Source of the DNA: a virus
IMG/VR virus record: IMGVR_UViG_3300020281_001713
Length of the DNA stretch: 64,000 nucleotides
Direction: 5' to 3' (one strand)
In this document: positions 37,101 to 46,118 of the stretch, one piece after another
Position numbering within the stretch: the first letter of the stretch is position 1
Layout: every line of letters begins with the position of its first letter
Position numbers and translations under genes: made by a program
The notes under the pieces: model-generated
The model's input: the letters and a program-made list of their open reading frames with translations, nothing else
Told to the model about the DNA's origin: nothing
Databases searched by the model: none

Positions 37101-39524
37101 TTAGAAAGTGTAAGTATTGTAGGAACATTTTATGAAGAAACATTACTTGGTAAAAATAATTTTAAAATAGGAAAATTAAATTTAACTGGTTCATTAGATG
37201 GTGTTAATGATCTGTTTGAGTTAGTGAACAGAGACATATTGTTAGAAAATAGATCATATAAAGTAACAAGTGTTGACGATAGGAATGCAGACTACGACAT
37301 AATATTTGTGGATCAAACACTTGCACCTAGTATTAATTTAGTTCCTAGTCGTTCTGCAGTGTCAGGACAAGATTATGTGTTTGTAAACAGATTCAGTGAA
37401 GCTAATAAAGAAAAGTACAATAAAAGATATTTAAGATTTACAGAATCTGAAAGATATCAAATTAATGAAATTACTCCTTATATTGAATATGAAATACAAC
37501 AGCTTTCTCCTGCTAACGATCAAATTTATCCTGTAGGTATTCCAAGAAATATTGCATTAGGCACAAATTATTACGTAGGTGATATGATTGTTAATACTAC
37601 AGCAACAGGTGGAGATGGAAAAATTTATAAATGTACAGTAGCTCATACAGTGCAGTCTGCAGGCACAAGTGTAAATGGCGTCACACAGCTGGTATTTACA
37701 GCTTCAAACTGGACAGAAATCGCAGAAACAGTAGCTGGCATGACACTTACAGATAGAGTAGAAGCAATGAAACAAGTTCTTCAAGCGGCATATGGTGGAG
37801 TAGCATATGTTAATGTTATGAATGACCAAGCAACTAGATGGAGAATACATGTTCCTAGTACAGCAACAAGTAGAATAGTTTCTAATATAAAAGCACATTT
37901 TGCAACAGACGATAGTACACAACTTTTAGTTACGCTTTTGAGAGATAATGAAGATAGGCTACTCTTTGATGTTAATTTATCAAGACAACTTACACAAGGT
38001 AACAATTACGGTGTTGCATTATTTAGAGGAGACTCATTTAGTGAAAATATTATTGTTGCAAATACTAAAGACATTCCAAGCACAACAAAAACATTTTCAG
38101 TAAAAATAATTGGGGAAATTGATAGTTCTATTAAATGGATTACAGCAGCCAACTTAGGAAGTATACCTGCAAATTATATTAGTAATTTAAAAGTTGAAGC
38201 AGAAACTACAGTCCCAGATACAAGAATGATTTACAATCTCAAGTCTGGAAAGTTACCTTTTGGAATGACATTAGCAATAGATGGTGAAATTATTGGAAAT
38301 GCACAACAGTTTAACACACCTGGTTCATTAGGTTTAACAACTTTTGAAAAAAAAGCAGTAACCTGGGACGGTGTTCTACCTGGTGATACTACATTTGATA
38401 GAAAATATAAATTCACAATTGAAGCAAGGGACAGATTTAATTATACAGCTATTGAAAGGGAGTTTACTTTAACTGTATCTGATGTTGATCCTAAAAAGTA
38501 TACAGATATATACATGCGTCCTTTACTACCTAGTGCTGAAAGAACAACGTATGCAAACTTTATTTCAGATAGAACTATATTTGATCCTGATAAAATTTAT
38601 AGAGCAAATGATCCCAATTATGGTGTTAGAAGAAATTTAGAAATGCTTGTGTATGCTGGCATAGAATCTAAAAAAGTAGACAAATTTGTAGCCGCGGCCG
38701 CAAAGAATCATAAACGTAAAAAATATATTTTAGGAGATTTTAAATCTGCAAAGGCAACTACAGGTATAGGATCTACAGCAAAAGATGTGTATGAAATAAT
38801 TTATATTGAAGTAATTGATCCTGCAAATTCTAAAACTGGCAAAACAAAATCCAGCTTTACAATTAACACAAAGAAAGAGATTACAGTTGATAGTGTGCAA
38901 TATAGTCCAAAAGATGACGAACAAAAATATAACCAAGGTTATGATGCCCTTCCTGTTTATACACGAGGCGTCACTAAATTTATATTCGAAGAATTAGAAG
39001 ATGTGCTTATTGTTGAAACTAGAGATAGCAGTGATAGTAGTGAGAACCAATTTGTAGATACAGATAATAATGATTTTGAAGTTACCCTAAAAGGTGGTGG
39101 CACTACAACTGTTACTTTACAACTTACAGATTCCGAACCTCAACGCTTTAGACCTGTTACTAACACAATCAAAACAGATAGTAACGCAATCAAAGTTAGT
39201 CAGGGAAAAGATAATTTGAGATATATATCTAGTATAGACAATATGAGAGATAATATCAAAGGTATAGGTGCTAATGAAAGAAACTATTTGCCTTTATGGA
39301 TGCGTACACCACAAGCAGGATTCCAAGAACTAGATTATGTTACAGCTATACCAATCTGTTATTGTAAGCCTGGGCAAGCAGTAGAAATACTTAAAAATAT
39401 AAGAAATAATGGATTTGACACTAAAACTATTACATTTGATATTGATAGATATATTGTCAAGTCAACAGAGGAAGAAAACAACGAACAATATATTCTATTC
39501 GCAAATTACGAATTTAACACGTAA
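34116..39524 (+). CDS. Baseplate-wedge-like structural protein with N-terminal alpha/beta-hydrolase and YHYH domains
   Basis: LHGMGG/GFSNG/HG..D/GGH; GGHP...YHYH...DGYPIYGPYG; Ig-like LPPG repeats; C-terminal LPLWMRTPQ...FDIDRY. Confidence 0.8.
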   Translation: MARLQSNTTITITKTWFQQPNGYTYPIAVRVPSLSTLNNKRIPVAILLHGMGGTGQGMLNEWNTYLPDHILIAPTGYLNSWNVAHEESKAPDLRMLEDLIDNLKAYENVDGTKIRLVGFSNGAALCNRAYVQLSDSSVDQIVTVATTFFNPMYRNNNFYIPVNEASTGINASNYPTIKIPFRPRKFVSFHGTTDTGFPYAGGAHEFGYTFLSAQASAFVAAKGQGFTGTQIPDHVGASDIGGTFKYTYNTPHGDVLHYKYPGGHEATASVKTIVQNNFVFVHDNQPSMPSVISAVKWNPNRLNIVDEEGTYPSATQFTFNGQVITATSNGDPYPALAGQSMTNTGVRDFGVNKNVIKAQNYNFRIKNRAGENTANPDKMELGGMGIFANGVLATSPSAGDHAIPGTNIFPPIGFNFNAVHLGSTYGVDNGGGHPEINGSYHYHNGSFLYNSWNTNRIYSANAYYNATDFNGDKFRHIDGHSKIIGYCFDGYPIYGPYGYQTGIDNTTAVVQMKSSYLLHPNDDHRPGDFKYDRVVDVEGIGQVTLTAGSFLQDFVYKGGHGTLDRYNGRYVKTPDFPDGTYAYFLTFEETTADTSISSVKPSYPYIFGTETKQSRTLVPAEVDQRLLQDRLDINHLWNIPTGTKLTNLIERSVVDIQLPIANGVTPTLELISGSLPNGTRLEGTRVVGTVYEVAYDKTFTAVIRANYKGSWQDRTLDFAVTGPDDPVWGTAAGDLPVGPNNVFYVLDSAQINFQLAATDTDLAAGDELSFFIADGDGTLPPGISMSETGLLTGITDPLLSLDKRFEYGGYDSQEYGTLPLDYGTLPNNGFSSYFYDSQNYDYSEPTSNPRKLNRYYPFAVTVTDGESFVRREFSIYVVGDDFLKADNTLMNASTGVFKSDATNVRQPTWITPGNLGFRRANNYQTIYLDVVDNPTLEGKMFYSLEDINSDGTPSILPPGLVLDKDLGELVGNIPYQAAITQDYKFTVRATRMTNDLESVSIVGTFYEETLLGKNNFKIGKLNLTGSLDGVNDLFELVNRDILLENRSYKVTSVDDRNADYDIIFVDQTLAPSINLVPSRSAVSGQDYVFVNRFSEANKEKYNKRYLRFTESERYQINEITPYIEYEIQQLSPANDQIYPVGIPRNIALGTNYYVGDMIVNTTATGGDGKIYKCTVAHTVQSAGTSVNGVTQLVFTASNWTEIAETVAGMTLTDRVEAMKQVLQAAYGGVAYVNVMNDQATRWRIHVPSTATSRIVSNIKAHFATDDSTQLLVTLLRDNEDRLLFDVNLSRQLTQGNNYGVALFRGDSFSENIIVANTKDIPSTTKTFSVKIIGEIDSSIKWITAANLGSIPANYISNLKVEAETTVPDTRMIYNLKSGKLPFGMTLAIDGEIIGNAQQFNTPGSLGLTTFEKKAVTWDGVLPGDTTFDRKYKFTIEARDRFNYTAIEREFTLTVSDVDPKKYTDIYMRPLLPSAERTTYANFISDRTIFDPDKIYRANDPNYGVRRNLEMLVYAGIESKKVDKFVAAAAKNHKRKKYILGDFKSAKATTGIGSTAKDVYEIIYIEVIDPANSKTGKTKSSFTINTKKEITVDSVQYSPKDDEQKYNQGYDALPVYTRGVTKFIFEELEDVLIVETRDSSDSSENQFVDTDNNDFEVTLKGGGTTTVTLQLTDSEPQRFRPVTNTIKTDSNAIKVSQGKDNLRYISSIDNMRDNIKGIGANERNYLPLWMRTPQAGFQELDYVTAIPICYCKPGQAVEILKNIRNNGFDTKTITFDIDRYIVKSTEEENNEQYILFANYEFNT

Positions 39525-39555
39525 AAGCGATAAATAATAAAGTAGAGGAAATAAA

Positions 39556-40152
39556 ATGGCCAGTAATATTATAAGTGACACAATTGATGCGGCATATCCA
39601 ATAGCGGGTGTGGATAACGATACGCAAGGATTTCGTGATAACTTTACAGTAATTAAAACAGGACTTGCAACAGCAAAATCTGAAATTACAACATTGCAAT
39701 CTGAAAGTGCAAAACTTAATAAGTCAAATGACTTTAATGGTACTAATATTGCTGATGCAAATATACAATTACAAACTAAACAATACCATAATGTTGGTAC
39801 AGTAGTAACAGGTTTAAATGTAAGTTTTTTAAATGGTCATTATCAAACTATTACAACTAATTTACCTGTAGGCACATCATCAATTGTTTTTAATCTTTCT
39901 GATTGGCCTTCCAGAGCAATGTATGCAGAAATGGTACTAAGCCTTTTAGGTAATGATACAGCAAAAACTGCTACATTTACAGTAGCAGGCGGCGGCACAA
40001 TTAAATATGATACAAACTATCCAAGAGTATCAGGCGCAGGTAGTGCGGCACAACTTACACTTGATAGTGCTACTAATCCATTACTTGTAAAATTTTGGAC
40101 TTACAATAGTGGTACAACAGTATTTGCACAATACTTAGGTCAATACACTTAA
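39556..40152 (+). CDS. Virion structural protein
   Basis: YPIAGVDNDTQGFRDNF N-terminus; late motif at 39529-39536. Confidence 0.65.
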   Translation: MASNIISDTIDAAYPIAGVDNDTQGFRDNFTVIKTGLATAKSEITTLQSESAKLNKSNDFNGTNIADANIQLQTKQYHNVGTVVTGLNVSFLNGHYQTITTNLPVGTSSIVFNLSDWPSRAMYAEMVLSLLGNDTAKTATFTVAGGGTIKYDTNYPRVSGAGSAAQLTLDSATNPLLVKFWTYNSGTTVFAQYLGQYT

Positions 40153-40154
40153 AA

Positions 40155-40394
40155 ATGATAAACCCTCATATAGATAGCTTAGAACATTTCTCTATTCAAG
40201 AGCTTGAATTAAAAGTGAGTGATTTACAAAGAAAATATTTCCAAACACGAAACTTATCTTTACAACAACAAATTGCAAATGTTTTGGACATTTACAAAAT
40301 AGAATTACAAGACCGCAGAGCAAAAGAACTTAATCGTCAACAAAGTCAACAAAATGATGATAATTCTCTTGACAATTTGATTAATATCAGTTAA
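40155..40394 (+). CDS. Hypothetical coiled-coil protein
   Basis: 79-aa ORF. Confidence 0.6.
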   Translation: MINPHIDSLEHFSIQELELKVSDLQRKYFQTRNLSLQQQIANVLDIYKIELQDRRAKELNRQQSQQNDDNSLDNLINIS

Positions 40395-40397
40395 ACT
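40369..40397 (+). promoter_or_regulatory. Sigma70-type promoter, likely giving a leaderless dnaE-fragment mRNA
   Basis: TTGACA-N17-TAAACT; ATG 6 nt downstream. Confidence 0.65.
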
Positions 40398-40403
40398 ATA
40401 CAA

Positions 40404-40925
40404 ATGCTTATGAAAACAGATGAACTAGGTATACCACGATTCTCTAATAAAGATCTTATCGATATGATTTACAGCGGGCACGTTGATAAATGCCATGTTG
40501 TATTATGTGATGAAAGTGACGATATTGATTTGTTTAATAAAGCGGCTACTGAACAAGGAATATCACAACTTACAAAATATATTCCACTAGACGTTAACAA
40601 AGATGAATTTGATGGCGTACTTCAATCTGAATGGTTTATGCCAGATGAATATAAAAACATGGATATTTTTAGTTGGTTAGAACAACGATGTCCTGATCAT
40701 GAGTCGGTAACAAGAGTTGAAATGGAAATTATAGAATACGAAGCTCGTGGTATGCTAGATCTTCTATGCTATATGGTTTATCTTGTAGATTTTATGCGTG
40801 AAAATAATATTGTTTGGGGCGTAGGACGTGGATCTAGCGTAGCAAGCTATATTTTATATCTAATAGGCGTACACAAAGTAAACTCAATCCAGTATGGCCT
40901 GGACTTCAATGAGTTCATGAGATAA
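40404..40925 (+). CDS. dnaE: Stand-alone fragment of DNA polymerase III alpha (split DnaE)
   Basis: RVEMEI..., GVGRGSSVASYILYLIGVHKVN.I.YGL.F..F. Confidence 0.85.
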   Translation: MLMKTDELGIPRFSNKDLIDMIYSGHVDKCHVVLCDESDDIDLFNKAATEQGISQLTKYIPLDVNKDEFDGVLQSEWFMPDEYKNMDIFSWLEQRCPDHESVTRVEMEIIEYEARGMLDLLCYMVYLVDFMRENNIVWGVGRGSSVASYILYLIGVHKVNSIQYGLDFNEFMR

Positions 40926-40953
40926 GTAAGTATATAATAAAGGAGGCAAACAT

Positions 40954-41388
40954 ATGTCAAAAGTATCAGGTGGTAAAAAACAAATTAGAAGCCTACGTGG
41001 TAAAGTTGTCGACATGGATCTACTTCGCAAACGTAATGAACTTACACCAGCAGTAGGAAATGCTAGGGTAAATGCACGTGGTGACGAATTAGGACCAGGA
41101 GGTAAAATTATCCGTAAGCGTGAAGAAATTGTTGCAGAACATTATGCAACAGCAGGTACTGTTTCACACGAATCAGGTGCTCCTGAACCAACACAAGAAG
41201 TTGTACAAGAAGAGCAACAACCTGCAGTAGCTAAAAAAACTAAAAAAGTTAAAGTAAAAGCAGATCCTGTAGTAGAAGCTCAACCAGAACTCACTGAAGA
41301 AGAACAAGAAATGATGGCTGAGGCTGAAGCAGATGATGAATGGATCGAAGACGCAGACGGCAATTTTGTAAAAAAGCAAGGTGACTAA
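40954..41388 (+). CDS. Hypothetical late protein
   Basis: AVGNARVNARGDELGPGG; acidic tail; GATAAGTA at 40921. Confidence 0.7.
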   Translation: MSKVSGGKKQIRSLRGKVVDMDLLRKRNELTPAVGNARVNARGDELGPGGKIIRKREEIVAEHYATAGTVSHESGAPEPTQEVVQEEQQPAVAKKTKKVKVKADPVVEAQPELTEEEQEMMAEAEADDEWIEDADGNFVKKQGD

Positions 41389-41390
41389 AA

Positions 41391-41801
41391 ATGGCTCAAA
41401 ACATTAATGCAATTAAAGGAAATATCCGCGCCAAAGGCGAAGACGTACTAGTCGTAGATATGTGGTTTGGTGAGCAAACTACGGCAAGTGGATTAATTAT
41501 TAGCAGTGATGATGCTACAACACGTGGAATATATCCAAGATGGGGCAGAGTATATAGTAAAGGCCCTCGCAATAAAGATCCATACAACGAAGGCGATTGG
41601 ATTCTAGTATCGCATGGACGTTGGACTAGAGGTCTAAAGGTTAATACCGATACAGAAGAATTAGAAGTACGTAAAGTTGAGCTAGATAGTATACTTGCTT
41701 ATAGCAACGAAAAACCAGCTGGTGTTAACATTGGCACCGAAGTTGGTCAAGGAGAGTCATTAAGTATACCTTCAACTTTTGAACCAGCATTACACCATTA
41801 A
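41391..41801 (+). CDS. groES: GroES-like co-chaperonin
   Basis: EQTTASGLII mobile loop, G.V...GP, GD.ILV. Confidence 0.8.
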   Translation: MAQNINAIKGNIRAKGEDVLVVDMWFGEQTTASGLIISSDDATTRGIYPRWGRVYSKGPRNKDPYNEGDWILVSHGRWTRGLKVNTDTEELEVRKVELDSILAYSNEKPAGVNIGTEVGQGESLSIPSTFEPALHH

Positions 41802-41815
41802 AGAAAGAGGCTACC

Positions 41816-42226
41816 TTGAAAAATATTGATCTCAACAAGTATCAAGAATTCGTTGATGCAGTAACTAGCACTGAAAGTAAAAATAATAGCGATTTTCAAA
41901 TGCGTTGGAACGGTTTGCAAAATGAACGCACTACTGATATGCCTAGACTATTAACAGCTTGTTTAGGACTTAGTGCCGAAGCAGGAGAATTTACAGAAAT
42001 AATCAAAAAAATTGTTTTCCAAGGAAAACCTTTGGACAAAGATAACATTTGGCACATGCAACGTGAGCTAGGTGATATTATGTGGTATTGGATGCAAGGG
42101 TGCATGGCTCTTGATATTGATCCAAATGAGGTTATCCAAATGAATATAGATAAGCTAAAAGCACGTTACCCAGGCGGAGACTTTGATGCTTACTACTCCG
42201 AAAACAGAAAAGAAGGCGATTTATAA
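41816..42226 (+). CDS. mazG: MazG-like nucleotide pyrophosphohydrolase
   Basis: GLSAEAGEFTEIIKK, ELGDIMWY, NIDKLKARYP. Confidence 0.88.
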   Translation: MKNIDLNKYQEFVDAVTSTESKNNSDFQMRWNGLQNERTTDMPRLLTACLGLSAEAGEFTEIIKKIVFQGKPLDKDNIWHMQRELGDIMWYWMQGCMALDIDPNEVIQMNIDKLKARYPGGDFDAYYSENRKEGDL

Positions 42227-42235
42227 CAAAAACGC

Positions 42236-42264
42236 TTGACAAACTCCAAAATTTAAGTTATAAT
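42236..42264 (+). promoter_or_regulatory. Consensus sigma70 promoter
   Basis: TTGACA-N17-TATAAT. Confidence 0.85.
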
Positions 42265-42287
42265 AGTAATATTAATGAGGAGTAGCT

Positions 42288-42449
42288 ATGAAATTACCCA
42301 CACAACTTAGCGGTTTAGGCACAACCGGATTAACTGGAATAGTGCTAATGGTTCTTCATGTGACTGGATATCTTACTGGTTGGGCATGGCCTATTCTATA
42401 TGTATTTTTAATAATTACAGGAATTGGGCAAGAAAACAGGAAGGGTTAA
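42288..42449 (+). CDS. 53-aa protein with 2 TM helices
   Basis: GAGGAG SD; MKLPTQLSGLGTTGLTGIVLMVLHVTGYLTGWAWPILYVFLII...; not in the ORF track. Confidence 0.65.
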   Translation: MKLPTQLSGLGTTGLTGIVLMVLHVTGYLTGWAWPILYVFLIITGIGQENRKG

Positions 42450-42574
42450 TGGCAAGAAGAAACAGGCTAGAAAGAAAATTAGACGAATACAATCATACAA
42501 TGGAACTTATTAGAACTATTGTTCCTATTGTTGTATTAATACTACAAATCGTAATTTTAACAAAGTTGGCTTAG
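42449..42574 (+). CDS. 41-aa protein with a C-terminal TM helix
   Basis: TAATG coupling; MARRNRLERKLDEYNHTMELIRTIVPIVVLILQIVILTKLA. Confidence 0.6.
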   Translation: MARRNRLERKLDEYNHTMELIRTIVPIVVLILQIVILTKLA

Positions 42575-42575
42575 A

Positions 42576-43112
42576 ATGACTACACATGCAATGATTGATT
42601 TAGAGACACTTGATACTAAACCAAGTTGTCAGATATTAAGTTTAGGCGCAGTAAAATTTAATCCTATAACAAATGATGAACCTCATTCTGAATTATACAT
42701 TAAGCCAGATATAGATCAGCAACACGATGCTGGTCGAACTACTTCAGATAGCACCATTGAATGGTGGAGTAAACAAGACCCTAAGGTAATGGAAGAAGCA
42801 TTTTCTTCAGATGGTCGTATGAACATAGATCTTATGCTAGATCAATTAACCAAATGGTTAGTTGGTACAGACGTAATATGGGGTCATGGTTATGGTTTTG
42901 ACATAACAATTCTAGAAGATCTATACAGGAACTTCGATCGTCCGATTCCCTGGCAGTTTTGGCAAATAAAGGATAGCCGAACACTGTTTAGTTGTTGTAA
43001 AGAAGATCCAAGAAAGAAAATGCAAAGTGATCTTCACAATGCTCTTGCAGACTCTTATTTTCAAGCAAAATCTGTGCAAGAAGCATATAAAGAATTAGGT
43101 ATAAAAAGATGA
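42576..43112 (+). CDS. DEDDh 3'-5' exonuclease (DUF5051-like)
   Basis: MIDLETL, FDITIL, DSRT, HNALADS. Confidence 0.88.
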   Translation: MTTHAMIDLETLDTKPSCQILSLGAVKFNPITNDEPHSELYIKPDIDQQHDAGRTTSDSTIEWWSKQDPKVMEEAFSSDGRMNIDLMLDQLTKWLVGTDVIWGHGYGFDITILEDLYRNFDRPIPWQFWQIKDSRTLFSCCKEDPRKKMQSDLHNALADSYFQAKSVQEAYKELGIKR

Positions 43113-43195
43113 GCAGTTTCTTTTACGCTTTAGCAAGTGCGAGCTTCATATTAGGTGTCTCCATATTAGCTATATCATATATAATATTAATATAA
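43109..43195 (+). CDS. 28-aa hydrophobic peptide
   Basis: ATGA overlap; MSSFFYALASASFILGVSILAISYIILI. Confidence 0.4.
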   Translation: MSSFFYALASASFILGVSILAISYIILI

Positions 43196-43210
43196 CAGGA
43201 AGAACAATAA

Positions 43211-44128
43211 ATGAAAGATTTATGGGTAGAAAAGTATCGTCCTAAAACTGTAGATGGTTATGTTTTTAGAGATGAAGCACAAAAGGCTCAGGTAAAAACT
43301 TGGATAAAAGATAAGACTATTCCCCATTTATTGTTTAGCGGAAATGCTGGTATTGGCAAAACTACACTTGCAAAATTATTATTCAATGAACTTGAAATAA
43401 ATGATTTAGATATATTAGAAATAAACGCATCACGAACAAACTCAGTTGACGATGTTCGTGATAAAATTGTCAACTTTGTACAGATGATTCCGTTTGGTGA
43501 TTTTAAAGTCGTATTACTAGACGAGGCTGATTACTTATCCCCTAACGCTCAAGCGGCGTTGCGTGGTGTTATGGAAGAGTATCATACTACTGCTCGATTC
43601 ATTCTTACTTGCAACTATCCTAATCGTGTAATACCTGCATTACATAGTCGGTGCCAAGGATTCCATATAGCAAAAATTGATCAAACAGAATTTACAGCAA
43701 GAGTAGCCGAAATTCTTATTACTGAAGGTGTTACTCCTGATTTAGATACTCTTGATACGTATGTCAAAGCAACATATCCTGATTTACGTAAGTGCATTAA
43801 CACAGTACAAATGAACTGTCAAGATGGTAGCTTGTTAAGACCAAATGAAGGCGACACAGGTGAAGCTGACTGGAAGCTTGACATGGTCGAATTATTTAAA
43901 GCAGGAAAAATACAAGAAGCACGTAAGCTCTTATGTGGAGCAGTCCGTCCAGAAGAGATGGAGGAAATTTATCGTTGGTTATATGACAATATAGAATTAT
44001 TTGGTGATGATGCAAATCAAGATCAAGCAGTATTGTTTATCAAACAAGGACTTGTTGATCATACATTAGTTGCAGATCCTGAGATTAATTTAGCCGCTAC
44101 ATTAATTAGACTGGCTAGCATTAAGTAA
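43211..44128 (+). CDS. Sliding-clamp loader subunit (RFC small subunit/T4 gp44-like)
   Basis: LWVEKYRP, GNAGIGKTT, INAS, LDEAD, SRC. Confidence 0.93.
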   Translation: MKDLWVEKYRPKTVDGYVFRDEAQKAQVKTWIKDKTIPHLLFSGNAGIGKTTLAKLLFNELEINDLDILEINASRTNSVDDVRDKIVNFVQMIPFGDFKVVLLDEADYLSPNAQAALRGVMEEYHTTARFILTCNYPNRVIPALHSRCQGFHIAKIDQTEFTARVAEILITEGVTPDLDTLDTYVKATYPDLRKCINTVQMNCQDGSLLRPNEGDTGEADWKLDMVELFKAGKIQEARKLLCGAVRPEEMEEIYRWLYDNIELFGDDANQDQAVLFIKQGLVDHTLVADPEINLAATLIRLASIK

Positions 44129-44135
44129 ATAACGT

Positions 44136-44474
44136 ATGACGTATCTAGTAAATGAAAATTGCATTAAGTGCAAGCATATGGATTGTGTAGAAGTATGCCC
44201 TGTGGATTGTTTTTACGAGGGTGAGAATATGCTTGTTATCAATCCAGATGAATGTATAGATTGCGGAGTATGTGTGCCTGAGTGTCCTGTAGATGCAATA
44301 GTTCAAGATCACGAATCAACACAAAAAATATTTGACTTAAATGAAAAGTATAGTTTAATTTGGCCTAATATAACACAAATACGTCCTGAAGATGTTCCTG
44401 AAGATGCAAGTGAATGGGCAGAGGTTGAAGATAAGATGAAGTACTTTTCGGAGGAACCAGGTCGTGGAGACTAA
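44136..44474 (+). CDS. fdxA: Dicluster (7Fe/8Fe) ferredoxin
   Basis: [17 protein letters not shown]...[12 protein letters not shown]. Confidence 0.93.
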   Translation: MTYLVNENCIKCKHMDCVEVCPVDCFYEGENMLVINPDECIDCGVCVPECPVDAIVQDHESTQKIFDLNEKYSLIWPNITQIRPEDVPEDASEWAEVEDKMKYFSEEPGRGD

Positions 44475-44646
44475 ACACAAAAAACTTATAAATGATATTG
44501 TACGTATAGATGTAATAGAAGAAGAAATAGAATACTATAAAACACTACTACGCGAACATGATACTGGACATATCCATACAACGATTGGATTTTTGAAAAG
44601 AAGGATAGAGGAACTAAAAGGAGAAGCCCCTTGGCCATTAGATTAG
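44464..44646 (+). CDS. Hypothetical protein
   Basis: 60 aa, GGAGG SD. Confidence 0.6.
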   Translation: METKHKKLINDIVRIDVIEEEIEYYKTLLREHDTGHIHTTIGFLKRRIEELKGEAPWPLD

Positions 44647-45308
44647 TAAGCTACACAGCACCTAGCAAAGAATTTTTAAATGAAGGATTAGAGAATGTAC
44701 AAGACTTAATTGCGTTTTGTGCTAGAGTAAGTAATCCTTCTGCACAAATTAATAGTGAAACGAGTGAGAAGCTAATTAAATATTTAATTAAGCATCAACA
44801 CTGGTCTCCACTTGAAATGGTAAATGCCGTTCTAGAGATTGACACTACTAGAGATATTGCACACCAAATTGTAAGGCATCGTAGTTTTGCATTTCAAGAA
44901 TTTTCTCAAAGGTATGCAGAACCAAAAGAACAAGGCGAGTATTTTGTAACAAGTGAAGCTAGATTACAAGATAAAAAGAATAGACAAAATAGTATAGAAA
45001 TTAATCTAGCTGATGACGGTATGCCAGAGCTTATAAATCGGTGGGAAGAACTACAACAAGATGTAATTTTTACAGCAGGCAGAGCATATGATTGGGCTAT
45101 TAAAGCAGGTATAGCCAAAGAAGTTGCACGTAAAGTTTTACCTGAAGGTTTAACAAAAACAAGACTTTACATGAACGGCACATTACGTAGTTGGGTACAT
45201 TACATTGATCTTAGAAGTGCAAATGGCACACAAAAGGAACATATGGAAATAGCAAAAGAGTGTGCTAAAATAATTGCAGAAATATTTCCATTAATAGATG
45301 ATCTTTAA
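44631..45308 (+). CDS. thyX: FAD-dependent thymidylate synthase
   Basis: HWSPLE, RHRSFAFQEFSQRY, AKEVARKVLP, TQKEH. Confidence 0.95.
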   Translation: MAIRLVSYTAPSKEFLNEGLENVQDLIAFCARVSNPSAQINSETSEKLIKYLIKHQHWSPLEMVNAVLEIDTTRDIAHQIVRHRSFAFQEFSQRYAEPKEQGEYFVTSEARLQDKKNRQNSIEINLADDGMPELINRWEELQQDVIFTAGRAYDWAIKAGIAKEVARKVLPEGLTKTRLYMNGTLRSWVHYIDLRSANGTQKEHMEIAKECAKIIAEIFPLIDDL

Positions 45309-46030
45309 TGGCAAAACCACAAATATATTTCGAAACAAATAATTATGCAGTAAGAAAGTTTGCTCCAATAAAGCCTGCTTCAGAATTTGTCCCTGAAAAA
45401 TTTAGAAATTTACCAATTAAAATTAAAGAAGGTGACCATAGAATTGACGATATTTTTTCAGTAAAAATTTGTCCTGGAATACAAGACTATATAGGCTTAG
45501 GTTACGTTATTCCAGCATGGTGTGATATGGAATTTATTCCAAATAACGATGAGATGTTTGTAAGATATAGTGATCCAAATAATACCCATGCAGTGCATTA
45601 TAAAGATCAAATTGGCGATTTTTTAGATACTAAATTTAAAGTAAGAACACCAATTAAACTTGATAATCCGTGGCTTACATATGCTGAAAAAAATTGGAGT
45701 ATATTGTATTTGCCTATGCTATATCATGAAGATCAAAATTTTGAAGCTGTACCAGGCGTAATAGACCATGATAAAGGTGCCCTTGTATCTCCTATCAATA
45801 TAATGGTAAAAGAACATAAGCAATTTTTAATAAAACAAGGCACGCCTATAGTGCAAGCTATTCCTTTTCAAAGACAAGTTGTAACTGCACGTACAGGAAA
45901 AGTAAGAACATCTACTTTGGATAGATTAAACGCAATAAATTCTTTATTTTCTATGACTTTCAAAGGTTGGAGGAAATTTATGACAGAAAAGAAAATCTTT
46001 AAAGTAGATTCAAACGATACTAAATTGTAA
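45308..46030 (+). CDS. Hypothetical beta-strand protein (DUF6065-like)
   Basis: K.CPGI.D...GYVIPAW; PGVID; IKQGTPIVQAIPF. Confidence 0.6.
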   Translation: MAKPQIYFETNNYAVRKFAPIKPASEFVPEKFRNLPIKIKEGDHRIDDIFSVKICPGIQDYIGLGYVIPAWCDMEFIPNNDEMFVRYSDPNNTHAVHYKDQIGDFLDTKFKVRTPIKLDNPWLTYAEKNWSILYLPMLYHEDQNFEAVPGVIDHDKGALVSPINIMVKEHKQFLIKQGTPIVQAIPFQRQVVTARTGKVRTSTLDRLNAINSLFSMTFKGWRKFMTEKKIFKVDSNDTKL

Positions 46031-46118
46031 TCTTTTGTAACAACGCTTGCAAATCTCTTGATTTTATAATATACTAATTATAAATATTTTTATATCCTAA
46101 CATAGCGAGGTAACATGC

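Noticed and set aside
16999-39699. Many 60-146 aa minus-strand ORFs inside the structural genes
   Set aside because: They are antisense shadows produced by codon bias of the long plus-strand genes.
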